64,000 bases of DNA, taken from Thermodesulfobacteriota bacterium. Lineage in GTDB: Bacteria > Desulfobacterota > Desulfobacteria > Desulfobacterales > SURF-7. The translations under genes and the position numbers were made by a program. Below, one piece after another: positions 24,671-33,935 of the stretch; within the stretch, counting starts at the first letter, position 1; each line of letters opens with the position of its first letter. Location: assembly GCA_049320885.1 (NCBI GenBank), contig JBMORA010000025.1:1-64000 (forward strand), written 5' to 3'. A model generated the notes under the pieces. The model made no database searches and had not been told where the DNA came from. It saw only the letters and a list, made by a program, of their open reading frames with translations.

Positions 24671-26831
24671 TGAGTTCGATCAGGCTTTCCATGTCCAGGA
24701 TCAGGCCGATGCGGCCGTCGCCCAGAATGGCGCCGCCGCTGACCCCTTTCACCCGGCTGAAGGTCTCGCCCAGGTTTTTGATGACCACTTCTTCTTTGCC
24801 CAGCAATTCATCCAGCACCAGGCCCCGTTTCAGGCCCTTGTGCTCCACGGCCACCACCAGGCCGTCCCAGGGATTCTCCGTGTCTCCGGGCATATCGAAC
24901 ACCCGGCTCAGACGAATCAGGGGAACCAGTTCCCCCCGGAAACTGAACATCTCCCCCTTGCCGCTCACGGTGTGACAATTTTTTTTCTCCGGCCGGACGG
25001 TTTCCACGATGGTCAGGGTGGGAATGATATAGCGTTCCCGGCCCACCCGCACCACCATGCCCTCGATGATGGCCAGGGTCAGGGGCAGGGCGATTTCGAA
25101 AGTCGTCCCTTTCCCGGCCACGGAACGGATCCGCACCTGGCCTTTCAGTTTTTCGATCCGCTTTTTCACCACATCCATGCCCACCCCCCGGCCGGAAACG
25201 TCCGTCACCTGGCTGGCCGTGGAAAAACCCGGATGGAAGATGAAATCGAAAATCTGCTCGTCCGTCAGGGCCGCATTGGGCTGAATCAGGTTGCCGGCCA
25301 GGGCCTTTTCCAGAATTCGCGCTTTATTGAGCCCCCGGCCGTCATCCTGGATCTCGATCATGATGCTGCTGCCTTTGTGGTAGGCCTTGAGACAGACCAC
25401 CCCATACTCCGGCTTGCCCGCGGCGAGCCGTTCCTCCGGCGTCTCCAGACCGTGATCCATCGAGTTTCGCACCATATGCACCAAGGGCTCGTAGAGTTCC
25501 TCCACCACGTTGCGGTCGATCTCGGTATCCTCGCCCTTCATTTCCAGATTGACCTTTTTACCCGATGACCGCGACAGATCCCGCACCAGCCGGATCATCT
25601 TCTGGAACGTATTCTTGATGGGCACCATGCGCATGAACATGGCGGTTCGCTGCAGGTCGGAAACGATTTTGGACAGCTGGTTGATGTTCTGATACAGCCG
25701 GGGATCGTTGGAGGAGCGGATCACCTCGTTCTGTTTCAGCATGGACTGGCTGATCACCAGCTCGCCGGTGAGGTCGATGAGGTTGTCCAGCTTCAGGGTG
25801 TCCACCTTGACCTGCAGATCCGTCGCGCTGCCGGACTTTTTCTGGCTGGCGAGGGCATCCATCACCTGGCGGGGCTGGACCAGCTTCTCGTCCACCAGGA
25901 TCTTGCCGATTTTTTCCGCGGGCTTCTGTTTTTGAATGGCCAGGCCCTTCTCCAGATCTTCCGGGGCCAACTGCCCGGCTTCCACCAGAATATCCCCAAG
26001 CCGCATGGGCTTGGCCGCAAGAGCGTTCCGGAGGGCCTCCTCGATTCTGGCCAGCAGGGGTTCGATGTCGGTGGCGCCTTCCAGATCGGAGCTTCCGGCC
26101 ACCAGGGCGTTCTGGATATGATGAATCATGCCCTTGAGGGTGTCCACGGACTCCAGGATGATATCGGTGATTTCCTCGGCAATGACGAATTCTCCCTTGC
26201 GGGCGCTGTCCAGCAGGTTTTCCGTGCAGTGGGCCAGGCGGTTGATGCGGGTGAGATTTAAAAAGCCGGACACCCCCTTGATGGTATGGAAGGGTCGGAA
26301 AATATCGTTGATGGTGTCCTCCGCCCGGGGATCCTGGGCCAGATCGATGAGCCGGAGCTCGATTTTTTCCAGGTTTTCCATGGCCTCCATGGCGAAATCG
26401 CGCATGATCAGAAGATCCTCATCGGCAAGCCCCGCGCCCCCTTGAATCCCCTGTTTCGATTTGTCCTCCCCGATGGGACGGGAGTCCTCCGCAACGGCGG
26501 CCGTTGTTTCCTCTCCCTGCAACTGCTTCAGCAGTCCGGAGCAATCGCCCTTGTATTCCGTATCCGTCTCCGCCGCCCGCCAGGCATCCTGCAGAACCCC
26601 CACTCCTTCGCCCAACAGATTCAGGTCGCCGGCTTCCCCCAGGATCATCCGCTCCACATAGCGGCAAAGACCCCGGGCGACTTCCCGGGGCATGGAGGCA
26701 GGCGAACCGTTCAGGGCCTGCAGCAGTTCCTCCAGGGCCACCAGCATTTGGCCCATGGCCGGTATATCATCCACCTCCAGGGTCACCGCCTTGAGGGCGA
26801 TCCGTTCCAGGTTGCGGGATATCTCTTGCAT
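24660..26831 (-). CDS. cheA: Chemotaxis histidine kinase with an internal MshEN-like motif pair
   Basis: FRPFHTIKG (Hpt), LDNLIDLTGELVI, HMVRNSMDHG, DDGRGL, SGRGVGMD, C-terminal CheW domain. Confidence 0.97.
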   Translation of the reverse strand: MQEISRNLERIALKAVTLEVDDIPAMGQMLVALEELLQALNGSPASMPREVARGLCRYVERMILGEAGDLNLLGEGVGVLQDAWRAAETDTEYKGDCSGLLKQLQGEETTAAVAEDSRPIGEDKSKQGIQGGAGLADEDLLIMRDFAMEAMENLEKIELRLIDLAQDPRAEDTINDIFRPFHTIKGVSGFLNLTRINRLAHCTENLLDSARKGEFVIAEEITDIILESVDTLKGMIHHIQNALVAGSSDLEGATDIEPLLARIEEALRNALAAKPMRLGDILVEAGQLAPEDLEKGLAIQKQKPAEKIGKILVDEKLVQPRQVMDALASQKKSGSATDLQVKVDTLKLDNLIDLTGELVISQSMLKQNEVIRSSNDPRLYQNINQLSKIVSDLQRTAMFMRMVPIKNTFQKMIRLVRDLSRSSGKKVNLEMKGEDTEIDRNVVEELYEPLVHMVRNSMDHGLETPEERLAAGKPEYGVVCLKAYHKGSSIMIEIQDDGRGLNKARILEKALAGNLIQPNAALTDEQIFDFIFHPGFSTASQVTDVSGRGVGMDVVKKRIEKLKGQVRIRSVAGKGTTFEIALPLTLAIIEGMVVRVGRERYIIPTLTIVETVRPEKKNCHTVSGKGEMFSFRGELVPLIRLSRVFDMPGDTENPWDGLVVAVEHKGLKRGLVLDELLGKEEVVIKNLGETFSRVKGVSGGAILGDGRIGLILDMESLIELSEH

Positions 26832-26856
26832 ATGCGTTTCCTCGGATTGGGAGATA

Positions 26857-26919
26857 ATAGGCCATAGGCCATAGGCGGAAGCTTTTCCTATTACCTATTA
26901 CTTATCAGCTATTTCCTAT
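26857..26919. repeat. Heptamer arrays, family 2 (ATAGGNN), as an inverted pair between the cheR stop and cheA start
   Basis: ATAGGCC ATAGGCC ATAGGCG - gaagctt - TTCCTAT TACCTAT TACTTAT CAGCTAT TTCCTAT. Confidence 0.85.
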
Positions 26920-27764
26920 CAGCTGTTTTCCGCCCGCTGATACACCGCCGGGCAGACATACCGGTACGGGTGGGACAGGCTCATGAGGCTTTCGGAATGC
27001 CCCACGAACAGATACCCGCCCTCCCGCAGACAGCCATGGAAACGGTTGATCAGCCGTTCCTGCATGGCCCGGTCGAAATAAATCATCACGTTCCGGCAGA
27101 AAATGAAATCGAAGGGTTCCGGAAACGAAAACGGCTCCATCAGGTTCAGGCGCCGGAATTCAATTATCCGGCGCAAATCCGCCTTGACCCTCAGGTACCC
27201 CTGCCAGTTTCCGCAACCCTTTTGAAAATACCGGCGCTGGAAATCCCCCGGCACCGAATGGACCCGGGACTGGTGATACACGCCCTGAACCGCGCCGGCC
27301 AGCACCTTGGTGGAAATGTCCGTGGCCAGAATCCGCAAATCCGGTTTCGACTCCCGGCCCCAGGTTTCCAGAATCCACATGGCCAGGGAATACGGTTCCT
27401 CACCGCTGGAGCAACCCGCGCTCCAGACCCGGAGTTTCAACCGTTCCCCGGCCCGGGGAGAACCGGCGACAGCCGGCAGCACTTCGCGGCGTAAAAACTC
27501 GAAATGCTTTTCCTCCCGGAAAAAGCGGGTCAGATTGGTGGAAATGCTGTCCAGCATCCGGGTCAGCTCTTCCCCGTCATCCTCCTCGGTCAACAGGCGA
27601 TAATACTCATTGAAGCTCCGCAGGCCCCGGCTGCGCAGGCGCTTGCCCAGACGGGCGCGCAGCAGTTCCCGCTTGTTGTCGTTCAGATGGATCCCGCACT
27701 TCCGGTAGACCAGATCCGTCAGCCGATGGAAATCGCGGTCTTGTAATTCCACTGCATGGATCAT
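26919..27764 (-). CDS. cheR: Chemotaxis methyltransferase
   Basis: TNLTRFFRE, WSAGCSSGEEPYS, IFCRNVMIYFD, GHSESL. Confidence 0.97.
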   Translation of the reverse strand: MIHAVELQDRDFHRLTDLVYRKCGIHLNDNKRELLRARLGKRLRSRGLRSFNEYYRLLTEEDDGEELTRMLDSISTNLTRFFREEKHFEFLRREVLPAVAGSPRAGERLKLRVWSAGCSSGEEPYSLAMWILETWGRESKPDLRILATDISTKVLAGAVQGVYHQSRVHSVPGDFQRRYFQKGCGNWQGYLRVKADLRRIIEFRRLNLMEPFSFPEPFDFIFCRNVMIYFDRAMQERLINRFHGCLREGGYLFVGHSESLMSLSHPYRYVCPAVYQRAENS

Positions 27765-27769
27765 AACGG

Positions 27770-27818
27770 CAATTTCAAATTACGAATTTCAAATTACGAA
27801 TTACGAATGGTGGATCGT
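27770..27818 (+). repeat. Heptamer array, family 1, directly upstream of the cheR start (inverted polarity)
   Basis: CAATTTC AAATTAC GAATTTC AAATTAC GAATTAC GAATGGT GGATCGT. Confidence 0.88.
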
Positions 27819-27848
27819 ATCAATCATATAAACTACTTTCGGCCAGGG

Positions 27849-27883
27849 GGAAGGGCGATGCGCCTGACGCGCATCGCCCTTCC
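27849..27883. terminator. Perfect 15-bp hairpin downstream of the MCP gene (attenuator/terminator or mRNA stabiliser)
   Basis: GGAAGGGCGATGCGC-ctgac-GCGCATCGCCCTTCC; no clear U-tract. Confidence 0.6.
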
Positions 27884-27916
27884 TAATTACCTATAGCCTA
27901 TCCCCCTATTGGCCTG
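27880..27916 (-). repeat. Heptamer array, family 2, after the MCP stop
   Basis: Plus strand: TTCCTAA TTACCTA TAGCCTA TCCCCCTA TTGGCCT. Confidence 0.7.
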
Positions 27917-27920
27917 TTTT

Positions 27921-29927
27921 CTAAAAATCCTTGAAATCCTCTTCCATGGGAATCACCTGCTCGGGATGAGCGGAGTCCCGGGCGCTTTTGGTTTCGGCCC
28001 GTTTCAGCGGCGCGTGGTGCAGGGCCAGGGGCTGGTGCGGATGGGCCGCGGCCATGATTTTCCGGCCTCCCGGTTTTTTGGCGCCGATGGATAAGGTTTT
28101 CGCCCGGCCGTTGGACGAGGCGCCGCCCACCATGGTCACGAGCTCGTCCACCATGCCTTTCATCTGTTCGGCCTGGGCGTTCATTTCCTCCGAGGCCGAG
28201 GCCGATTCCTCGGCATTGGCCGCGTTCTGCTGGGTGACCTTGTCCATCTCGGTGACGGCCTTGTTGATCTGTTCGATGCCCTGGGCCTGTTCGTTGGAGG
28301 AAGCCGCGATCTCGCCCACCAGCTGCCCCACCTTGGTGCTGCTCACCGCCACCTGCTGGAAGGCCTCGTTGGTGCGTTCCACCAGTTCCGAGCCGTCCTT
28401 GACCTTCTTCACCGTGCCTTCGATCAGGTTGGCCGTGTTCTTGGCCGCCTCGGAGGCCCGCATGGCCAGATTCCGCACCTCGTCGGCCACCACCGCGAAA
28501 CCGGCCCCGGCCTCGCCGGCCCGGGCCGCCTCCACCGCCGCGTTCAGGGCCAGGAGGTTGGTCTGGAAGGCGATCTCGTCGATGGTCTTGATGATCTTGG
28601 AAGTGTCCTCGCTGGCCTTGGAGATCTCCCGCATGGACTCCGTCAGCTTGCCCATGGAATCATTGGCCGTGCCCACCACCTGTTTGGCCTCCTGCATCAG
28701 GGTGTTGGCCTGGTTGGCGTTGTCCGCGTTCTGCTTGGTCATGGAGGACATCTCCTCCAGGGAGGAGGAGCTTTCCTCGATGGAGGCTGCCTGCTCGCTG
28801 GCCCCTTCGGCCAACGACTGGCTGGCCGAGGATACCTGGCCCGAGGCCGAGGACACCTGCTCCGCGCCCTCGTTCAACCCCTCGATGATCCGCCGGATGG
28901 GCCCGGTGATGGAGCGGGTGATGAACACCGCCAGCAGCACGCCCACAGCCAGGGCCGCCAAAAGACCCACCAACACCACGGTGGCGGCGCTGCCCAGGGA
29001 GGCGGCGGCGTCACCGGCGATTTTCGAGGTGTGCTCGGCGGCGGCTTTCATCAAGCTGCTGGATATTTCCAGGACCTGACCGCCGGTTTCCGCCCGGTGG
29101 ACGTTCAGTTTGTCGAGTTCCAGGAACACGTCATAGTAATTCTGCATGGCGGATTTATAGGTGGCGCCTGCCGCCAGGATTTCCCGGAGCTGCTGCTTGT
29201 TCACTGCCTGGCGGACAATGGCCTCCAGTTCCTGTCCCTTGCGCTCGATCTGGGGGAAAACCGACGCTATTCCTTCCTTCATGATACTGGCTTCCCGCCG
29301 GGCCCGGGATTGGAGGTTGGCAATGCGCGCCTCGTTGCCGAGATCGATGAGATCGTTCACCAAATTGATCTTGGTCAGCCGCTCGGTCAATTTGTCCGCC
29401 GAAGCCCCGGCCTTGATCTCCTCATGCATGGCGTCATTCTGGGATTTCAGAAAAGCGCTGGCGTTGTCCATGTACTGCTTGGCCGTGGCAGCCATGATTT
29501 CCGCGGTCTTCTCCAGTTCGGTGACGTTCTCGTCGGTCGCGCCCATCTGGCGCTCGTACTCGGCGGCCGCTTTCTTGGCCTCGTCCAGGGAGCCCTTGAG
29601 TTTCACCAGATGCTCGGCCCGGGCGGCCAGTTCCTCGGCCCTGGTGATGGTCTCCTTCACCCGGGCCATGGACTCCTTTCCGGTTTCTAGAAATTTCTGG
29701 TCATACGTAAACCCATATCCTCGAATCGCATACATGGTACTGTAGGAATTCCGTTCCAGCTCGCTGGCCAGTTGCGCCTCCGGTGCATACTCCTCGGCCA
29801 GCATGGTCGAATCCCCCACCACGCCGCGCATCTGCACCACCGCCAAAGCCCCCAGGCCCAGCATGATGACGATCAGCAACCCGAACCCCGCCGCGATCTT
29901 GGTTCCCAACTTCATGTTTGTGAACAT
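27921..29927 (-). CDS. Methyl-accepting chemotaxis protein
   Basis: Two TM segments, large helical periplasmic domain, [35 protein letters not shown]-terminal DFKDF pentapeptide-like tail. Confidence 0.97.
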   Translation of the reverse strand: MFTNMKLGTKIAAGFGLLIVIMLGLGALAVVQMRGVVGDSTMLAEEYAPEAQLASELERNSYSTMYAIRGYGFTYDQKFLETGKESMARVKETITRAEELAARAEHLVKLKGSLDEAKKAAAEYERQMGATDENVTELEKTAEIMAATAKQYMDNASAFLKSQNDAMHEEIKAGASADKLTERLTKINLVNDLIDLGNEARIANLQSRARREASIMKEGIASVFPQIERKGQELEAIVRQAVNKQQLREILAAGATYKSAMQNYYDVFLELDKLNVHRAETGGQVLEISSSLMKAAAEHTSKIAGDAAASLGSAATVVLVGLLAALAVGVLLAVFITRSITGPIRRIIEGLNEGAEQVSSASGQVSSASQSLAEGASEQAASIEESSSSLEEMSSMTKQNADNANQANTLMQEAKQVVGTANDSMGKLTESMREISKASEDTSKIIKTIDEIAFQTNLLALNAAVEAARAGEAGAGFAVVADEVRNLAMRASEAAKNTANLIEGTVKKVKDGSELVERTNEAFQQVAVSSTKVGQLVGEIAASSNEQAQGIEQINKAVTEMDKVTQQNAANAEESASASEEMNAQAEQMKGMVDELVTMVGGASSNGRAKTLSIGAKKPGGRKIMAAAHPHQPLALHHAPLKRAETKSARDSAHPEQVIPMEEDFKDF

Positions 29928-29941
29928 AAACCCCCCTTTTG

Positions 29942-29983
29942 GAATTACGAATTAGGAATTACGAATCAGGAATGAAGGATGAT
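29942..29983 (+). repeat. Heptamer array, family 1, directly upstream of the MCP RBS (inverted polarity)
   Basis: GAATTAC GAATTAG GAATTAC GAATCAG GAATGAA GGATGAT. Confidence 0.92.
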
Positions 29984-30001
29984 TTCCATTTTTATTTCCT
30001 G

Positions 30002-30036
30002 TCACCCTATTCCCTATTACCCCATCCCCTGTTTCC
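30002..30036 (-). repeat. Heptamer array, family 2 (degenerate), after the cheW stop
   Basis: Plus strand: CACCCTA TTCCCTA TTACCCC ATCCCCT GTTTCC. Confidence 0.65.
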
Positions 30037-30546
30037 TCACGCTGCCTTGTCGATCATCACCAGTTCGTCGCTGGTGAGCACGCGGTCGATGTCCAGGAGG
30101 ATCTTCACGCCCCCCTGCATCTTGGCCATGCCCAGGATATAGTCGGTGTTCAGGCGGGTGCCGAAGGTGGGGGTGTCCTCGATGTCCTCCTTCTTGATAT
30201 TGAGTACCTCGGAAACCGAATCCACCACGATGCCGATGACGATGGTGCCGCCGGGCCCCCGGATCTCCACCACGATGATGCAGGTGCGCTCGGTATAGTC
30301 CACGGGCGGCATGCCGAAGCGCACCCGCAGGTCGATCACCGGGATCACCTTGCCCCGGAGGTTGATCACGCCCTTGACAAAGGGCGGGGTCCGGGGCACG
30401 GACGTGATGGGCATCATGCCGATGATTTCCTTGATCTTGAGAATGCCGATGCCGTATTCCTCGCCGGCCATGCTGAAGGTCAGATACTTGCCCTCCCGGT
30501 CGCCGACGACCCTGACCGCCTGATCCATGGTTTCAATTTCACTCAT
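30037..30546 (-). CDS. cheW: Chemotaxis coupling protein
   Basis: YLTF...EEYGI, GVINLRGKVIPVIDLR, GIVVDSVSEV, LLDID. Confidence 0.97.
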   Translation of the reverse strand: MSEIETMDQAVRVVGDREGKYLTFSMAGEEYGIGILKIKEIIGMMPITSVPRTPPFVKGVINLRGKVIPVIDLRVRFGMPPVDYTERTCIIVVEIRGPGGTIVIGIVVDSVSEVLNIKKEDIEDTPTFGTRLNTDYILGMAKMQGGVKILLDIDRVLTSDELVMIDKAA

Positions 30547-30566
30547 GATACCCCCTTTTTTAACGT

Positions 30567-30608
30567 CAGTTACGAATTGGGAATTACGAATTGGGAATGA
30601 TGGTTGTT
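30567..30608 (+). repeat. Heptamer array, family 1, upstream of the cheW RBS (inverted polarity)
   Basis: CAGTTAC GAATTGG GAATTAC GAATTGG GAATGAT GGTTGTT. Confidence 0.88.
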
Positions 30609-30613
30609 GTTAT

Positions 30614-31012
30614 TTATATGGTGCCATGGCGATGACTCGCCGATTTGGGAATCTTTTTGTTCATTTTCCGGAGAATCGCCGCAAGGTCCTGGAAATCACC
30701 GTCCCGGTAAGCGATGAAGCGCGGGTACAACCGCAGGGCCTGATGGACCGTCGCCTTCGTCCTGTCCGGCAGGATCAGGATGGTGCGCATGTCGCCGATG
30801 GTGGTCCGATGCCGCGAAAGCGCCTCCAGTTCCCGGCTGCCGGAGACGGCGATCACCGTGATGCGCGGTTCCGCGGATGGCTGTTGCAGGACCTTCAGCA
30901 GGGATTCCAGGGAAGCATGAAAGCATACGGCGCCTGCCCCACCGGATGCGGTGACGACGCCGCGCATCCGCTCCTCGATCTCCTTGTCACTGCCATACAG
31001 AAGTATTTCCAT
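30614..31012 (-). CDS. Degenerate receiver-like hypothetical protein, first gene of the che operon
   Basis: Alternating beta/alpha pattern (ILLY...VIAV...TILILPD) without the acidic pocket; start inferred. Confidence 0.6.
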   Translation of the reverse strand: MEILLYGSDKEIEERMRGVVTASGGAGAVCFHASLESLLKVLQQPSAEPRITVIAVSGSRELEALSRHRTTIGDMRTILILPDRTKATVHQALRLYPRFIAYRDGDFQDLAAILRKMNKKIPKSASHRHGTI

Positions 31013-31196
31013 GGCCCCATTTCGATGGAATCGCTGCTGGAAAAGACAGTTCCCCGACCGCATGCAACGTCCGGCGGGATATGCAGGTCCTGGTGTCTCA
31101 TTGGAATGGATGCGCCGAAGCGATGGAAACGGACTTGTCCGACCCGGCGGGAATCCTGTTCCGGATTGCCTGAAGCCATCCTGTTCCCGGATACAA

Positions 31197-31213
31197 TACA
31201 AAAGATGTGCCAA
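31197..31213 (-). promoter_or_regulatory. Possible sigma54 promoter for the chemotaxis operon
   Basis: TTGGCACATCTTTTGTA: perfect -24 box, -12 reads GT instead of GC; AT-rich tract upstream (31230-31270). Confidence 0.5.
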
Positions 31214-31576
31214 TGAAGCGTCAGCTGGTATTAAATTTCAATATTGCATTTTTTTAAATAGTTAGATGTTTTCATGACTTCCGGGGAGCCATGCGCGGGC
31301 ACCCAAAACAGTTCGAAAAAATCGGACTGAGTCCCATACCGTAAGAAAACGGCCCCGCCATCAAGCCGCCGGAGGGCGCAAAAGGACCGCTTCCCGCCCT
31401 GCCTTTCCGCGGCAGTAAAAAACATCTTGAATCCCATACGGAAACGGTATATTCTTTTACCACTTTTCACCGAAATGCTTTTCATCTCCCGCGGACCATC
31501 CGAATCCTTACTCAGCCACTTTTTTGTAACCGATGGAAAGCGTTTTTCATCCCCCAGCACAACAAGGAGGGCTTCC

Positions 31577-32224
31577 ATGGACAAGGCGTACCGTCAGATA
31601 TCCCTGGGCTTTTCCGAGGAAAAAATCCGGGAAGGCCGTCACATCGTCTACATTTACAACGACGATTTCGAGCGGAAGAGAACCATGGCCAAATTCCTTC
31701 AGCAGGGCCTCCTGGACGGGGAAAAGGTCCTCTACCTGGTGGACGACATTTCGCCGGATGAAATGCGGCGGGAGCTGTTGGATCTGGGAGTGGACGTGGA
31801 CACGCGCCAGCAGGACTTCGACCTGACCGAAGGGCATTTCACCCGTTGCCCCAACCGGTATTTTTCACCGGATTTCATGCTCGGCGTGGTGGGGGACTAT
31901 TACGACGACGCTCTCCGGGAGGGGTATGCCGGGGCCCGGGGCGCCGGCGAAATGTCTTGGGCCCTGGTGGAAGGCCGGTCCACGGTTCCCGATCTGCTGG
32001 ACTACGAGGCCAGGCTGAACGGAATCCTTTCCGACCATCCCCTGACAACCGTCTGCCAGTATGACGCCAGGCGCTTCGACGGGGCCCTGATCATGGACAT
32101 GCTCAGCGTCCATCCCATGATGATCGTCCGCGGCCAGCTGGTCAAAAACCCCAGTTATGTGGAACCGGAAATTTTCCTCAAGGAATACCGGGAACGTATG
32201 GCCCGCAATACCGCGAAAGGATGA
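31577..32224 (+). CDS. Stand-alone MEDS (DcmR-type sensory) domain protein
   Basis: H..YIY, FLQQGL..GEK, R.AGEMSW, YEARLN, CQYDARRF, HP; AGGAGG RBS. Confidence 0.9.
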   Translation: MDKAYRQISLGFSEEKIREGRHIVYIYNDDFERKRTMAKFLQQGLLDGEKVLYLVDDISPDEMRRELLDLGVDVDTRQQDFDLTEGHFTRCPNRYFSPDFMLGVVGDYYDDALREGYAGARGAGEMSWALVEGRSTVPDLLDYEARLNGILSDHPLTTVCQYDARRFDGALIMDMLSVHPMMIVRGQLVKNPSYVEPEIFLKEYRERMARNTAKG

Positions 32225-32228
32225 TGCC

Positions 32229-33935
32229 TTGAATTCGGAAACACTGGGCCGGCTGCTGCTGCTGCAGAGCACCATCCACGTCATGCGGGGCAATGAGGCC
32301 ATGGCGCGTTTCGCCTGCCGGGGCTTGTCCGGGATTCCCGGTTTCGAGTCCACCGCCATGTTCATCGCCGGCCGATATTATACCGAAGGTGACGGTTTAT
32401 GCATCCCGGAAGAGGAATGCCGCGGGTTGCACCACCGCCTGGCCGACCCGAACTTCCGGCGGACCGACCGGGAACGCTGCCTGAAGGAATTCGAGACCCG
32501 GCATGGCGTCCGGTGCCTGCTCATCGAAACCAGTTTCTCCCTGTATGGTTTTCTGGTCGTGCCGCAGCCCGACGCCGGGCGTCCGGAAGACATCCTGCCC
32601 TACGTCCGGAATTCCCTGAATCTCATCGCCCTGATCATCGAAAACAACCGGCAACAGGAAGAACTGCTCCGCAGCAAGCAGGAACTGGAGGCAGCCGTTG
32701 CGGCGCGCACCCGGGAGCTGGAAACCGCCAACCGGGAACTAACGGCGGAAATCGCCGAGCGCCGGCGGGCCGAACAGGAACGCAAAGCCCTCCAGGATCA
32801 ATTGATCCAGTCCCAGAAACTAGAGTCCATCGGCCGCCTGGCCGGAGGCGTGGCCCATGATTTCAACAATATGCTGGCGGTGATTCTCGGCAATACCGAA
32901 ATGCTGCTGGAAGCCCTGGAACCATCGGATCCGCGGCGTTCGGAACTGGAGGAAATCAAAAAAGCCGCAACTCGATCGGCGGATCTCACCAGTCAATTGC
33001 TGGCCTTTGCCCGCAAGCAGCTGGTGAAACCCAGGATACTGGACTTGAACCGGACCATCGCGGGCATGCTGAAAATGCTCGGCCGCCTCATCGGCGAAAA
33101 CATCGCGCTGGAGTGGCGGCCGGGAGCGGATTTGTGGCCGGTGAGGATCGATCCGGCCCAGGTGGATCAACTCATCGCCAATCTGTGCCTCAACGCCCGC
33201 GACGCAATCTCCGGCGAGGGCCGCATCGCCATCGCCACCGGGAACATCCGGCCGGAAACGGCGGGCGGCGACCGTCCCATAGCGCCTTCCGGCGACCATG
33301 TCGTCATAACCGTGACCGACAACGGCTGCGGCATGGAAACGGCCGTGCTCGCGCACCTCTTCGAACCGTTCTTCACCACCAAGGACGTGGGCAAGGGCAC
33401 GGGCCTGGGACTGGCCACGGTGTATGGAATCGTAAAGCAGAACAACGGCTTTATCACGGTGGACAGTTCGCCCGGTGCGGGGGCGACCTTCCGGATTTAC
33501 CTGCCGCGGTATCCGTTCCCGGCCGATGACGGGCAGACCGCGCCCCGGACAAAAGTCCTGCCGGGACGCAATGAGGTCATTCTCCTGGTGGAGGATGAAC
33601 CCGCGATCCTGAGCACCGGCAAGGCCATGCTGGAAAAACTCGGCTACTGCGTCTTGTGCGCCAGCACGCCCGGCCAGGCCCTGCAACTGGCGCAGCGCCA
33701 CAACGGCACGATCCACCTGCTGATGACCGACGTCATCATGCCCGAGATGAACGGCCGGGATCTGGCGAAAAAAATGCTGGCATTCCAACCGCATCTCAAG
33801 CATCTGTTCATGTCCGGCTACTCCGCCGACATCATCACCCATCACGGAGCATTGGACGACGGCATCCAATTCATCCAGAAACCATTCACCAAACAGGAAC
33901 TCTCCGTCAAAATCAGGGCCGTGCTCGATCAATAG
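32229..33935 (+). CDS. Cytoplasmic hybrid histidine kinase (GAF-like, HisKA, HATPase, REC)
   Basis: AGGVAHDFNN, NARDA, FFTTK..GKGTGLGL, C-terminal REC; TTG start inferred. Confidence 0.92.
   Translation: MNSETLGRLLLLQSTIHVMRGNEAMARFACRGLSGIPGFESTAMFIAGRYYTEGDGLCIPEEECRGLHHRLADPNFRRTDRERCLKEFETRHGVRCLLIETSFSLYGFLVVPQPDAGRPEDILPYVRNSLNLIALIIENNRQQEELLRSKQELEAAVAARTRELETANRELTAEIAERRRAEQERKALQDQLIQSQKLESIGRLAGGVAHDFNNMLAVILGNTEMLLEALEPSDPRRSELEEIKKAATRSADLTSQLLAFARKQLVKPRILDLNRTIAGMLKMLGRLIGENIALEWRPGADLWPVRIDPAQVDQLIANLCLNARDAISGEGRIAIATGNIRPETAGGDRPIAPSGDHVVITVTDNGCGMETAVLAHLFEPFFTTKDVGKGTGLGLATVYGIVKQNNGFITVDSSPGAGATFRIYLPRYPFPADDGQTAPRTKVLPGRNEVILLVEDEPAILSTGKAMLEKLGYCVLCASTPGQALQLAQRHNGTIHLLMTDVIMPEMNGRDLAKKMLAFQPHLKHLFMSGYSADIITHHGALDDGIQFIQKPFTKQELSVKIRAVLDQ

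Noticed and set aside
30612..30628. TGGCAC on the minus strand as a sigma54 promoter for cheW
   Set aside because: No -12 TTGC element at the required spacing.
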